From: a virus | Lineage: Duplodnaviria; Caudoviricetes | Virus record (IMG/VR): IMGVR_UViG_3300013121_000022 | Coordinates: 108,505-172,504 of that record | Direction: 5' to 3' (one strand) | DNA: 64,000 nucleotides | Shown here: positions 37,296 through 47,533 of the stretch, one piece after another | How the letters are laid out: each line of letters begins with the position of its first letter | Numbering within the stretch: position 1 is the stretch's first letter | Notes under the pieces: model-generated | Told to the model about the DNA's origin: nothing | Databases searched by the model: none | The model's input: only the letters and a program-made list of their open reading frames with translations | Made by a program: the position numbers and the translations under genes

Positions 37296-37383
37296 GTTTG
37301 CGGAATAGGCGACAGCAAACATCTGGATCGGCATTACGCGGAGTCTTCCCTGCCGATGAATAAATGAAGACCTTGACCTATTC
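37296..37383 (+). ncRNA. candidate compact double-pseudoknot RNA
   Basis: four 6-7 bp helices in order A B A' C D C' D' B'. Confidence 0.55.
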
Positions 37384-37390
37384 AAATTGA

Positions 37391-37462
37391 CGCGGGGTAG
37401 AGCAGTGGTAGCTCGCTTGGCTCATAACCAAGAGATCGCAAGTTCGAGTCTTGCTCCCGCTA
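37391..37462 (+). tRNA. initiator tRNA-fMet(CAT)
   Basis: CGCGGGG start with unpaired C1, loop CTCATAA. Confidence 0.9.
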
Positions 37463-37466
37463 CTTT

Positions 37467-37539
37467 GGCTAGTTTCGTTAATTGGATAAACGGGTAGTCT
37501 CCAAAACTATTCCTGAGAGTTCGAGTCTCTCACTGGCCG
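37467..37539 (+). tRNA. tRNA-Trp(CCA)
   Basis: loop CTCCAAA, G73. Confidence 0.88.
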
Positions 37540-37541
37540 CA

Positions 37542-37772
37542 ATGCGAATTCATTTCGACAGAACAAAATTTGATCTTGTATTATTCGGTGCTCGTTCGCA
37601 AGGGTGTCAGTTTGTTTTTCAAGATCGAACCTATAAATTCATAGGCAACAAGAAGTACGCAGATGTTGCCAACAAAATCTTTCATGGATGGGTTATGGAT
37701 TACACAATGGAAGACGCCAAACGTTATACTCGTTGGGCGAAAGAAGTATGTCAGCGTAGTTCAGATGGATAG
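37542..37772 (+). CDS. hypothetical protein
   Basis: ORF between tRNAs, 3' end overlaps tRNA-Arg. Confidence 0.5.
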   Translation: MRIHFDRTKFDLVLFGARSQGCQFVFQDRTYKFIGNKKYADVANKIFHGWVMDYTMEDAKRYTRWAKEVCQRSSDG

Positions 37773-37823
37773 AACGCATTCCTGCGAAGAATGAGGTCGT
37801 GAGTTCGAGTCTCGCCGTTGACA
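37750..37823 (+). tRNA. tRNA-Arg(GCG)
   Basis: anticodon arm CATTC-CTGCGAA-GAATG. Confidence 0.88.
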
Positions 37824-37930
37824 CAAGCACTCATTATCATGGGTGCTTTTTTTATTGATCGGCGCAGAGCGCGCCTTTAATATTGACACTTGAAATCAAC
37901 TAAGGGACAATTAAGAAAAGGAAAACATTC

Positions 37931-38992
37931 ATGGCAAAAAAATCAATCAATCAAGAACTTGAAACAGTGCTATCGAATATCGATAAGAAATACGGAGAGG
38001 GCGCAATTGTCAAAGTATCCGAAACCGAGATCAAGCATATCCCCGTTGTATCAACAGGATCGTTGAGTCTCAATCATGCGCTAGGCGTCGGCGGATACCC
38101 ACTGAACCGTATCACTGAAATTTATGGGCCAGAATCGTCCGGCAAAACAACACTCTGTATTCACGCAATTGTTGAAGGTCAAAAGAAGTTTCCAGATCGA
38201 CAGGTTGCCTTTGTGGATATGGAACATGCTTTGGATATTGCATATACCGAAGCACTTGGAGCGGACTTGGATCGCTTGTATGTGTCACAGCCCGATACTG
38301 GCGAACAAGCACTAGAGATTACAGAAGCATTAGTTCGATCTGGTCAGTTTTCAGTCGTGGTTGTCGATTCGGTTGCAGCTCTTGTCCCTAAAGCCGAAAT
38401 TGAAGGCGAAATGGGCGATGCTCAGGTTGGGCGACAAGCTCGATTGATGAGTCAGGCTATGCGTAAAATTTCTCCGGCGCTCAAGTCGAACGATATTGAT
38501 CGATCATGCGCCTTGATTTTTACTAATCAAATTCGGATGAAAATTGGCGTTATGTTTGGCAATCCAGAGACGACTAGCGGCGGCAACGCCTTGAAATTTT
38601 ATTCCAGTATCCGGCTAGATGTTCGCAAAACTGCGACAGTCAAAGATGCGGAAAAAGTCTCTTTATCAAATACAACTCGCGTCAAGGTGGTGAAGAACAA
38701 GGTTGCTCCGCCATTCCGTGAGGCGATCTTGGATATTGAATTCGGCAAAGGTATCGATTTGGCGTCTGAACTGATTACACTTGGACTTGAATACAATATT
38801 TTGGTCAAGCGTGGTGCGTTTTTCTCGTATAACGATAATCGTCTTGGTCAGGGAGCGGTAAACACCAAAAAATATATTTCCGAACACCCTGAGTTGGCAT
38901 CTGAACTTACAGAGAAAATCGAGCAGGCTATTGCATCGGGTGTTGAAAAGCAAGTGGTTATCAAATCAGACACTGACTTAAGTGAAGAATAG
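37931..38992 (+). CDS. recA: recombinase RecA
   Basis: [46 protein letters not shown]. Confidence 0.98.
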   Translation: MAKKSINQELETVLSNIDKKYGEGAIVKVSETEIKHIPVVSTGSLSLNHALGVGGYPLNRITEIYGPESSGKTTLCIHAIVEGQKKFPDRQVAFVDMEHALDIAYTEALGADLDRLYVSQPDTGEQALEITEALVRSGQFSVVVVDSVAALVPKAEIEGEMGDAQVGRQARLMSQAMRKISPALKSNDIDRSCALIFTNQIRMKIGVMFGNPETTSGGNALKFYSSIRLDVRKTATVKDAEKVSLSNTTRVKVVKNKVAPPFREAILDIEFGKGIDLASELITLGLEYNILVKRGAFFSYNDNRLGQGAVNTKKYISEHPELASELTEKIEQAIASGVEKQVVIKSDTDLSEE

Positions 38993-39029
38993 TCTTGACA
39001 AAGATTGATATTTAGTTTATTATGCCGCT

Positions 39030-39254
39030 ATGCTGATTTACAAATTCCCAAACGATCCAGAGTTCAGTGAGGCATTGAAGAGTCTTGTAAACGGCATAGC
39101 GGTAAACTTGAAAATCAGCATTCAGGTTCATGTAGCGGATAATAAAGTTGAAATCATAAGTAGTGATGTGGTAGACTTAGATGGTACACGCTATCCGGCT
39201 GAAATGGTTATCAAGCAATCGATTGATATGGTTGTCAAAACACTAAGAAAGTAA
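39030..39254 (+). CDS. hypothetical protein (leaderless)
   Basis: TTGACA-N17-TATTAT-N6-ATG. Confidence 0.6.
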   Translation: MLIYKFPNDPEFSEALKSLVNGIAVNLKISIQVHVADNKVEIISSDVVDLDGTRYPAEMVIKQSIDMVVKTLRK

Positions 39255-39256
39255 AT

Positions 39257-39349
39257 GGAGTAGAGGCGAATACTGGTTTGTCGCGTTTGTTTGCTAAACA
39301 AATCCACGATGTAAATCTGGTGTGGGTTCAATTCCTGCCTACTCCGCCA
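39257..39349 (+). tRNA. tRNA-Ser(GCT)
   Basis: loop TTGCTAA, long variable arm, encoded GCCA end. Confidence 0.88.
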
Positions 39350-39353
39350 AAAC

Positions 39354-39647
39354 ATGGCTAAAACAATTCGTAATTACGAAGATTTTAAAAAATCGTCTTT
39401 ACCAAAAAGCAGAACAAGAAGTTTACAGAGATTTATTGATGGAGTGCGAATCACAGGCGCACTAGGACGAGCATTAATGTCTAACCCATCGACTGTGCCA
39501 GTTGGCCTTAGAAGCAAAGGACGATCATTTGAATCGTTTGGGTTGTTTAATGTTGTTCGAGATTCAAGACCTCCGTTCCATGTACTGTCATGGAGTCTGA
39601 CCGAGAAGGGAAAGCAAATCAAGCAACGATTGATGGAACTTGACTAA
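39354..39647 (+). CDS. hypothetical protein
   Basis: ORF fills the gap between tRNAs. Confidence 0.55.
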   Translation: MAKTIRNYEDFKKSSLPKSRTRSLQRFIDGVRITGALGRALMSNPSTVPVGLRSKGRSFESFGLFNVVRDSRPPFHVLSWSLTEKGKQIKQRLMELD

Positions 39648-39650
39648 CAT

Positions 39651-39725
39651 GGTGGCTATTGTGTAGTGGTCTGCACGAAGTGCTGTGAACACTTAGGTAA
39701 GGGTTCGATCCCCTTTAGTCACCCA
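39651..39725 (+). tRNA. tRNA-His(GTG)
   Basis: G-1, C73, loop CTGTGAA. Confidence 0.9.
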
Positions 39726-39751
39726 CGAAATAAACAGAAAGAGAGAAAGAT

Positions 39752-39964
39752 ATGTTAAATGACGAGCAGATAAAATCTTTGAAGGAAGACGGAATTCAAC
39801 TCAACCACACTGAAAACAACTTGAGCTGGATTGCTACAATTGGTTATCTACCTTTTCCGCGTGGCATTGGTGATACCAAAGAATCGGCATTGTATAACCT
39901 GTTGATCGATGTTGGTCTATTGAAAATTGAGAATAGGATTAATCCGATCTTGTTGTGGCGGTAA
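39752..39964 (+). CDS. hypothetical protein
   Basis: GAAAGAGA leader. Confidence 0.55.
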   Translation: MLNDEQIKSLKEDGIQLNHTENNLSWIATIGYLPFPRGIGDTKESALYNLLIDVGLLKIENRINPILLWR

Positions 39965-39996
39965 GTCCAACTCTGTCAAAATTTAGAAAGATTATC

Positions 39997-40251
39997 ATGC
40001 CATTTCAAACAATCCGAGAAGCTATTGCCGATGTTGAGAATTTGCCTGAGTTCATGAAAGAATTTCCAAGTATCATCGAGCTGCCCAACGGAAAGTTCGA
40101 CTGGTTCTGCCTCAAGGGTAGTAAGGCCGGATACTACAACGACAGCAACTTATTTGTTCCTCTCAAGCATTACACGATTGTCCGAGAGTGGAGCGGTAGT
40201 AAATGGATTGAAGTTGGTATTCCGGTCATTGTAGAACGCGTAAGATGGTGA
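39997..40251 (+). CDS. hypothetical protein
   Basis: 84-aa ORF. Confidence 0.55.
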   Translation: MPFQTIREAIADVENLPEFMKEFPSIIELPNGKFDWFCLKGSKAGYYNDSNLFVPLKHYTIVREWSGSKWIEVGIPVIVERVRW

Positions 40252-40266
40252 TGTAATGTCACCAAT

Positions 40267-40361
40267 GGGTAGGTGGCAGAGTTCGGCTGATTGCGCTAGT
40301 CTTGAAAACTAGAAATCTTGCTAACAAGCAAGGTTCGTGGGTTCAAATCCCACCTTACCCG
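40267..40361 (+). tRNA. tRNA-Ser(TGA)
   Basis: loop CTTGAAA, long variable arm. Confidence 0.92.
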
Positions 40362-40392
40362 CTAGTAACATATAACTTGAAAGAGAGAGAAT

Positions 40393-41637
40393 ATGCAGAT
40401 CAATTTTTGGATTCCCGTTGTTGTAGTTGCCGTGATTACGGGGTTGGCGGCAATCTTCTTTCATCCGAAAGAGACGGTACGTAGGTCGGGCTATTATCGT
40501 AAGTTTTCTCAATCACCATCAGTGACATGGTATGAGGCACTTGCGGTATTTTGCGCGGCCTTTTTTATTCAATGGCTTGGATGGAATATAGCCATTCGTC
40601 AGCAGGCCAGTGCGGTTGAGTTTTTAAATGGACACATCGCGGCCAAAGGATCGACTGACTGGCAGTTTGATGTATGCGATAGTTATTCCACAGATAAGGA
40701 CGGTAATCGAACTTGCACAAGTCATCATACGGAGTATCGAACCAACTATTGGGCGAACACCAATTATGTTGAATTCTTTCCATCAGAAGGACACTTGAAT
40801 TACGGAGATGTGAAACGAAACGATCCGCCTCCCCAACGATGGGCTTTAGCGCAAGTTGGCGATCCGGTTACGACATTGCACACTTACACCAATAATGTCA
40901 AAGGTGCTGGACGACTCAACCAGATGTTTCCTAACTCGCCTTTGACACAAACCTTGCGCGATCAAAATGCATTTCCGCCATTACCTACTTCCCTTCACTC
41001 GTTCGATTATGCACCAAAGGTGTTTTATATTGGTGGAACTCCCCAAAACGGAGAGACTTATAGCGATGTAACAGTCAAGTTTCGCGACGGGAAAATCAAT
41101 AGCGTCCATGTATATACCCTGAACGAATCATCTCGCGAAATGAACAAGATCAACGATCCGCTAGGCAACTCCAAGCAGGCGAATACCCAAGTCTTTTTTG
41201 TTGTGGGTCAACCAATTGAATACGCCAATGCTTACATGGATTATGCCGAAGGCGGGGGCAAGAATGATGTCAATGTCTTTGTCGGCCTGTCAGACGATGG
41301 TCAGACAGTTGTATGGGCAACAGTACGATTTGGGCTGGTGGGATTTGATCAAACCGACGAATCGAACGGTGGATCAAACGCCATGCTGGACATCAAATTA
41401 GGCCGCGAGCTGCGGCACAAGACACTGACTGAACTTGGCGGCTACACTGGTGTGGTCAAGTTGTCCGGCGAATACGTCAATCTGTATTTTGATCGTGTGC
41501 CAAACAAACAATTCAAGTTTTTGGAAGCAGAGTTTGAACCGCGTGGTGGTTGGGCGGTATTCGTGAACTTCACAACGTATATAGTGGCGCTCGTGTTGTT
41601 GGTTGTGGCGTTTATCGTAAACGTAGAAGAAATTTAA
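40393..41637 (+). CDS. membrane-anchored protein with large extracytoplasmic domain
   Basis: N- and C-terminal TM segments; adjacent to LemA-like gene. Confidence 0.65.
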   Translation: MQINFWIPVVVVAVITGLAAIFFHPKETVRRSGYYRKFSQSPSVTWYEALAVFCAAFFIQWLGWNIAIRQQASAVEFLNGHIAAKGSTDWQFDVCDSYSTDKDGNRTCTSHHTEYRTNYWANTNYVEFFPSEGHLNYGDVKRNDPPPQRWALAQVGDPVTTLHTYTNNVKGAGRLNQMFPNSPLTQTLRDQNAFPPLPTSLHSFDYAPKVFYIGGTPQNGETYSDVTVKFRDGKINSVHVYTLNESSREMNKINDPLGNSKQANTQVFFVVGQPIEYANAYMDYAEGGGKNDVNVFVGLSDDGQTVVWATVRFGLVGFDQTDESNGGSNAMLDIKLGRELRHKTLTELGGYTGVVKLSGEYVNLYFDRVPNKQFKFLEAEFEPRGGWAVFVNFTTYIVALVLLVVAFIVNVEEI

Positions 41638-41663
41638 TCATAACGAAAGAGAGAAAACGACAA

Positions 41664-42332
41664 ATGAATACATCGAGTTATATCAAATATGGAGTCATGG
41701 CTTTTCTGATCAGTGCCGTGTTACTTGGCCTGATTGCAGTGAACGGTTGGATTGGTGTTCAGAATGCATCCGCTGATTATGAGGCCGAAATTCCGGCGCA
41801 AATGTCGATTTGTGCTACTAAAGTTGACGCTGGTTATCAAACGATTCAGTTACAATATCAGATCAATCAATCACAGGGCGATACCATCAAGGGTTATCTG
41901 GCGATGATGTTTCAGTCGGCGGTTGATCCCAATGGTCAAGAAACCTTTGCTCAATCTCAGAACAATTTGATTACCGCTGTAATGCAGTATTCTGTTTTGG
42001 GAAATACTGATTTGAATGCGCTTGCCCTGAATGTTCAAGATACCGTTGCGACAGTGTTTTCTGAATTTTCTTCTTGTTTAGGTCGGGCAAATGCATTGAA
42101 GGCTGAATACAAAAAGGCACTTACGCGTTGGCCGAATAGTATCTTTGCCGATCAACTCAACTTGCCGAATAAGTTCAATGGAGAAGGCGCTAATATGCCC
42201 AAGCGAGATATTGACGGAGACGGTTATTTGACTGTGTTTGATTATCAAACGACCATTGTCTCTAGCCTCACAGCAGGTACATTTGATACGGGACAACTGC
42301 CGCAATTGGTGTTACCAACACAAGCTCCGTAA
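41664..42332 (+). CDS. LemA-like membrane-anchored helical protein
   Basis: N-terminal TM; YKKALTRWPNSIFA resembles LemA C-terminal motif. Confidence 0.55.
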   Translation: MNTSSYIKYGVMAFLISAVLLGLIAVNGWIGVQNASADYEAEIPAQMSICATKVDAGYQTIQLQYQINQSQGDTIKGYLAMMFQSAVDPNGQETFAQSQNNLITAVMQYSVLGNTDLNALALNVQDTVATVFSEFSSCLGRANALKAEYKKALTRWPNSIFADQLNLPNKFNGEGANMPKRDIDGDGYLTVFDYQTTIVSSLTAGTFDTGQLPQLVLPTQAP

Positions 42333-42358
42333 ATAAATTAATAGTAGGACAGAATTTC

Positions 42359-42388
42359 AACTCCACTGGCAACAGTGGAGTTTTTTTG
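42359..42388 (+). terminator. intrinsic terminator
   Basis: AACTCCACTG-GCAA-CAGTGGAGTTTTTTT. Confidence 0.85.
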
Positions 42389-42429
42389 ATTTCCGAATGG
42401 TATAATATCTTTATTCATGGAGAAAAAAT

Positions 42430-44307
42430 ATGACTCTTAAATTGGGCGCACACTGTTTAACTGGCACATCGGATGCCATACGTTTGGCGCAAGCCGGAAT
42501 GAAAATATTCAAGGTTATCGACAACGCTGGTATGGCGGACGATATTTTGAAAATTGTTCCAGACGCAACTATCATTGGATTGATTAGCACCGACTATCGT
42601 CCGGTGGAAGATTACGACAAACTTACACCTAAACAGGCCGCAAACAAATTCTTCAACAACATCGTTGGAGGAATGCGATCTGCGAAGTCAGTCAAAATGT
42701 GGGAAGGGCCAAACGAACCGTTGTGCGATACGATGGAACGCATGGATTTTTTCAATGCTTTTACTATTGAAATGATCGATCTCATGGCCGCAGAAGGCTG
42801 GAAATATGTGGTGGGTGGTTTTTCGGTTGGACAACCCCGTTTAGATATACCAGTATGGGAACATTATTTGCCTGCTATTCGCTACGGAATGCAACATGGT
42901 GCGTGGTTGGGCTTGCATGAATATTCGTGGCCGGATATGCGATGGATGTATGGTCATAACCAGATTGATCCTAATGAAGACGCCGGAGATGAAGGTTGGG
43001 TTACACTTCGCTATCGCAAGGTCTATAGACAATTTTTAATTCCAAACAACTTGGTAATCCCGCTAATTATGACTGAGGCGGGAATTGATTCGGGCGTCAA
43101 CCCGAAACCATTTGACGGTGGGGGTAATTTCCGCGATCAGGGTTATCGCGACGGAATCGATCAATGGAACAATGCGGTTCAAGAACCGAATGCTTATTAC
43201 GCTCGAAACTTGATGTGGTATGAATCGGAACTCGCCAAAGACGACTATGTTGTGGGCGCAACAGTTTTTACCATTGGAAGCACAGCTCGCTGGACGGATT
43301 TTGATATTGCAGGCACTGGTGTTATCGATGAACTAATAAAATATTTCAATGGCACTAAAAAGTTCGAGCCTTATCCGTCGGCCTACAAGCCTCTCAACAA
43401 TCAGTTAGTCAATCCATCATTTGAGGGCGGCTATTACAAACACAACGGAATCACTGAACTGCCCGTACCGGATGGCTGGAAATTTTGGTATCAAACTGAC
43501 ACCAGTTTACGACTTCCTAATCAACAGTTTCAGTTTTATCCGCCAGAAAACGTTGTATGGAATTACATTCAGGCTAATCGACGCGATCAAATTGCATTTT
43601 TCCGATCCGGCAAACGCATTCTAAAATGCTTCAAGGGTTGGGGAGCAATCTGGTTCAAGTTCAGTCAAAAGGCAAAAACAGTTGTTGGGCACACTTACAG
43701 GTTTTCGGTAGATGTATATCCAGATTTAGTTGCTGATTACGATAAATTCGGCAACAAAGTTTTTGCCACTGATCCGATCTGCGGTGAGCATCGCGTTACT
43801 CTGGACGATGGTTGGTTTGATTGGCAGGATGGACGCAAACACCGATTTGGTGAATGGAGTACATTATCGGCCTCATTTGTTGCTACTCAATCAGAACATG
43901 AAGTTGGATTTGAAATTAGAGGTCGTTACGGACTCAAAAACAATGGCTGGTTTATTGACAATGCGATCTTAGAAGACACAAGTATAAACGTTCCGCCTGT
44001 GGTCACTCCACCTGTGGTCGTTCCGCCCGTTGTTACTCCACCTGTAGTGACTCCGCCTCCAGTAGTTGTTTCTCCAGAAACAACATTATCTGTTTTGGAT
44101 CGAGTAAAAGTAAATTCGCTGATCGGATTGAGAGTTCGGGAGACTCCAAGTATTACAGGAAAAATTTTAGCCGTTGAATCTTATGGCGCAAAGGGTTATG
44201 TCATGCGCGATAAAGTTGTCAAAGATGGAGTGACTTGGTATAAAGTTTTGTACGACAACGATATATACGGTTGGTCATCAATGGCCTATTTGGAGAAAAC
44301 GTCATGA
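42430..44307 (+). CDS. putative glycoside hydrolase with carbohydrate-binding-like domain, Pro/Val linker and SH3b domain
   Basis: WEGPNEP, GLHEY, MTEAG; NPSFEG; (PPVVT)n; LRVRETPS..WYKV..GW. Confidence 0.7.
   Translation: MTLKLGAHCLTGTSDAIRLAQAGMKIFKVIDNAGMADDILKIVPDATIIGLISTDYRPVEDYDKLTPKQAANKFFNNIVGGMRSAKSVKMWEGPNEPLCDTMERMDFFNAFTIEMIDLMAAEGWKYVVGGFSVGQPRLDIPVWEHYLPAIRYGMQHGAWLGLHEYSWPDMRWMYGHNQIDPNEDAGDEGWVTLRYRKVYRQFLIPNNLVIPLIMTEAGIDSGVNPKPFDGGGNFRDQGYRDGIDQWNNAVQEPNAYYARNLMWYESELAKDDYVVGATVFTIGSTARWTDFDIAGTGVIDELIKYFNGTKKFEPYPSAYKPLNNQLVNPSFEGGYYKHNGITELPVPDGWKFWYQTDTSLRLPNQQFQFYPPENVVWNYIQANRRDQIAFFRSGKRILKCFKGWGAIWFKFSQKAKTVVGHTYRFSVDVYPDLVADYDKFGNKVFATDPICGEHRVTLDDGWFDWQDGRKHRFGEWSTLSASFVATQSEHEVGFEIRGRYGLKNNGWFIDNAILEDTSINVPPVVTPPVVVPPVVTPPVVTPPPVVVSPETTLSVLDRVKVNSLIGLRVRETPSITGKILAVESYGAKGYVMRDKVVKDGVTWYKVLYDNDIYGWSSMAYLEKTS
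43990..44070 (+). repeat. coding tandem repeat (PPVVT)n linker
   Basis: about five degenerate 15-bp units. Confidence 0.75.
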
Positions 44308-44786
44308 AATTGTATGCGCGAGTATTAACAGTTTTTGTTACATCGATTGTAACGATGATTGGACTTGTAGGTTTTAGTTTGCTGGCAACTCCATTTGCTT
44401 TATCGGCGGTTGCAACTCCTACTGCTCCGTTTCTATGTTTTGATAGCGTGGGTGAACCATATATTCTCGTGCCTCTCAAAACTCAATTAGCTTTGACTGA
44501 AATCGCATTAACTCCAACATCAACCCCAACGCGATTTCCAACACCAACTAACCTGCCAGAAAAACCGTGTTCAATAGGAACTGCGACGGTGGTTACTTCT
44601 GTTTTGAATGTAAGATCGGGTGCTGGCACAACGTTTTCTCTTGTCGGTGCTTCTCTGAAAAAAGGTGATACGTTTGACATCGCAGAGGTTAAAGGTACAT
44701 GGTTACGCCTGTGCGATTCAACGCAAAAATGGGTCAACTCTAAACTCGAAAACGGCACAGTCTTAGTAACCTACAAACTAAAATAA
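44304..44786 (+). CDS. secreted SH3b-domain protein with Pro/Thr linker
   Basis: signal-like N-term, TPTSTPT, LNVRSGAGT..WLRL..WV. Confidence 0.8.
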   Translation: MKLYARVLTVFVTSIVTMIGLVGFSLLATPFALSAVATPTAPFLCFDSVGEPYILVPLKTQLALTEIALTPTSTPTRFPTPTNLPEKPCSIGTATVVTSVLNVRSGAGTTFSLVGASLKKGDTFDIAEVKGTWLRLCDSTQKWVNSKLENGTVLVTYKLK

Positions 44787-44789
44787 CCG

Positions 44790-44818
44790 AACTCCAACCG
44801 AAAGGTTGGAGTTTTTTT
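44790..44818 (+). terminator. intrinsic terminator
   Basis: AACTCCAACC-GAAA-GGTTGGAGTTTTTT. Confidence 0.85.
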
Positions 44819-44856
44819 GTCTTGACATTTTTCTATACTTGAATTATAATGCCCTC

Positions 44857-46854
44857 ATGACATACTATTCTATTTCGGGCATCCTCAAGATGTGGCGCGA
44901 TCTCGTTGAAGTGTATTCGCCGGACGACAATCTCAACAACTTTTTTAGTGAGTTGCGGGATTACGACAATCAAATCAGCCTTGCCTTAGAATTAGACGAT
45001 ACCAATCTTACGGCAATATTGATTCTGGACAATGTACTTAAGCAGTATCTTGAAAATAAAAGCATCAATCTAAGCGAAATCGCCGGATCGAGAAGTAATG
45101 TTCTGAAATTCTTGGTTGAATATCAGAACTTAAATGACGCTTTACACGCGCCAGAGATTGAATCTTTGGTCAAGGATTTTCAAGATGGTATTGCAACATC
45201 ACTAAATAACGTTCAATGTTTGACACCCTCTGTTGCTGAACTAATCAGCAATCGTTTCATGTTGGCCGAAATACGCTTGGCCGCACTGAAATCAAACCGC
45301 GATCTCAAGGTATTCAAGTTTTCATCCGGCAACAACGACGCCACTGACTTTGTGTTTTTCAAAGAAGTGCGCCAATACTTTGATGTCAATATTTTGTTGC
45401 AACTCGCCGCAAATCCGCATTTTCCAAATAGCATTAGTCTTCACTTGATTCGAGATGTTGTCAATGAAGAATTCTCGTATTTTGTCTTTTTGATAAAGAA
45501 CGGTGACAATGTTTATTTGGTTGCCGACAACCCCGATTTACCTTCACCTGACTACAAGAACAGAGGCCGATCTCGATCTATTTCGCGCAAGTTTAGTGCT
45601 CGAATCGACGCTCATTATTTTCCGTATAGTTTTATGAACGTTGAGTTCAACAAAAAAACAGCTCTGTACGAAATCAAAAATTTTTACTCAACCGATCTCG
45701 TGCCTGCCGATCAATCGAATATCGTTGGTCGCTTAAATGAAATGGATGCCGAAAGCATTGTGTGGGTGTATATGTTGTTTTGGTTATTTAAGCAAAAGTT
45801 CTTTGCCGATGAACCGATTCAACTTGAGCAATCCTATACAGGTGCGATGATTAGGACTGGAATTGAGTCTCCGAAAGTTTCAAACGCCATTATCAAGGCG
45901 TATCCAGCATTAAATGTTCAATCACTAACAACATCCTTGTTGACTAATTCAAATCCAGAGATTGTCAAACAGTGGAAATATGAACCTACGCATCAAAATC
46001 AATGGATGGAAGATCGCTATGCTGATAAAATCAAAAACACAGATCGGATATTGAATTACGTTGAAGTTCCGGCCTTGCCAGACGACTATAACGTTAAGAC
46101 CGGAAACATAATTCAACATCACAAAAAAGATACTGACAGTTTTTTTGGTCAAGATAAACTAGAGGTTGCAATTCCGCTCAGAGGCGTATCTGTTACCGAT
46201 ATGGGATCGGCGCAAACTTTGGAGCAAAACAGAATATTTTTTGCCCGTCTTTCTCAAGCTCGATCAATTCAGGTTTTGGCACAACAAGAGTTCAACGCAA
46301 CTCGTAAATCTGTTTTTGCATGGTATTTTTCACAAGTTGTACAAAACATCTCAGAACTTAAACGCGCCATTGCGACTGAAACGTTTATGTGTAATGTCTC
46401 AGTGCATAATTCTTATTCTCCAGATCGTCCTAGCATGGCGGATTCGTTTGACAGTCACATGGAATTGAGAAACATTTTTGTTCTTTTGCCGATTGAAAAA
46501 AGGCGGGGATGGTACGATGACGAGCAGGTGGTGTTGTTAGGTGGCGGAGATAGATTTAGACAATGCTACTTCACTAATGGTCAGGCGTCGTATGTCGCTA
46601 AATTCTATGTACGCGACAGCGATTCAATCGCCAGAGTGTGTAATTTATCGGTATCTGATTTACCTGATGTATTACAACACGTTCGGGGTGTTGATCGCTA
46701 TATTGGAAATTCAATACTGTCTCGTATCGATCCATTGGATAATTTGAAAAATCCCTGGAACAAACTTGACTATAGCATTGAAATTGCATTATCCAAGCGA
46801 GCTCTGAATGCCATTCGCAAAGAATACGGGATCAAGAAAGAAAATCAGTCATGA
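44857..46854 (+). CDS. large hypothetical protein (leaderless)
   Basis: 665 aa; TTGACA/TATAAT-N6-ATG. Confidence 0.75.
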   Translation: MTYYSISGILKMWRDLVEVYSPDDNLNNFFSELRDYDNQISLALELDDTNLTAILILDNVLKQYLENKSINLSEIAGSRSNVLKFLVEYQNLNDALHAPEIESLVKDFQDGIATSLNNVQCLTPSVAELISNRFMLAEIRLAALKSNRDLKVFKFSSGNNDATDFVFFKEVRQYFDVNILLQLAANPHFPNSISLHLIRDVVNEEFSYFVFLIKNGDNVYLVADNPDLPSPDYKNRGRSRSISRKFSARIDAHYFPYSFMNVEFNKKTALYEIKNFYSTDLVPADQSNIVGRLNEMDAESIVWVYMLFWLFKQKFFADEPIQLEQSYTGAMIRTGIESPKVSNAIIKAYPALNVQSLTTSLLTNSNPEIVKQWKYEPTHQNQWMEDRYADKIKNTDRILNYVEVPALPDDYNVKTGNIIQHHKKDTDSFFGQDKLEVAIPLRGVSVTDMGSAQTLEQNRIFFARLSQARSIQVLAQQEFNATRKSVFAWYFSQVVQNISELKRAIATETFMCNVSVHNSYSPDRPSMADSFDSHMELRNIFVLLPIEKRRGWYDDEQVVLLGGGDRFRQCYFTNGQASYVAKFYVRDSDSIARVCNLSVSDLPDVLQHVRGVDRYIGNSILSRIDPLDNLKNPWNKLDYSIEIALSKRALNAIRKEYGIKKENQS

Positions 46855-47357
46855 AAATTTTAACTCCACAGGCTCAACAAGATCGCGAAAATTTTATCAA
46901 CGCCGATCTGTCGGCCTGCACATGCAATACAGGACATCCACCATGTTCTTTTTGTACTCACCCTGGAAACCCAATCAATCAGGACTTGAAATATAGTCCT
47001 GATTGCTGGATGGATGTTCATACTACCGACTCTATTCGAGCAGAACTAAACACCGAGACACGATTTTACTTGTTGGCTATAAGAAGCATTTGTCAAAAGG
47101 GATTTGACGCAATCGCAAAGCCATACTTGGACAAGAACGGATTTCATTTTGTGGTTGATGAGGAACATTGGTGTATATACGACTCAAATATGCGCTTTAT
47201 GATTATCGATTCGTTTGACGGACGACATGACGGGCGCGATATTGAACATATTGAACTAAGCAACATTGTCCAGTTTTTACAAATCAGCATCGATGGCAAA
47301 TACACCATCGGTATGATGTGTGAAAACTATAGTTCCAAAGCCAAATCGAGGTCTTGA
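46851..47357 (+). CDS. hypothetical protein with CxC..HPPCxxC motif
   Basis: CTCNTGHPPCSFCTHPG. Confidence 0.6.
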   Translation: MKILTPQAQQDRENFINADLSACTCNTGHPPCSFCTHPGNPINQDLKYSPDCWMDVHTTDSIRAELNTETRFYLLAIRSICQKGFDAIAKPYLDKNGFHFVVDEEHWCIYDSNMRFMIIDSFDGRHDGRDIEHIELSNIVQFLQISIDGKYTIGMMCENYSSKAKSRS

Positions 47358-47388
47358 CTAATTTGAATTATGAGATATAATTTATACA

Positions 47389-47530
47389 CTAATTGCTTGC
47401 GTAGAATAGCAGGGAGTAGGCAACCTTAATTTGTTCAGTAAATAAAATCTGACCTGAACTGGTTGTTGACTAGGAAGCTCAACCCCTGGGTTGGGTGGAG
47501 TCGCAAATGAAATACCTGCCTAGCAGTTAG
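47389..47530 (+). ncRNA. candidate structured RNA, about 140 nt
   Basis: TTGACT/TATAAT promoter; CTAATTGCT/AGCAGTTAG and GCAGG/CCTGC helices; abuts tRNA-Ser. Confidence 0.55.
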
Positions 47531-47533
47531 TAT

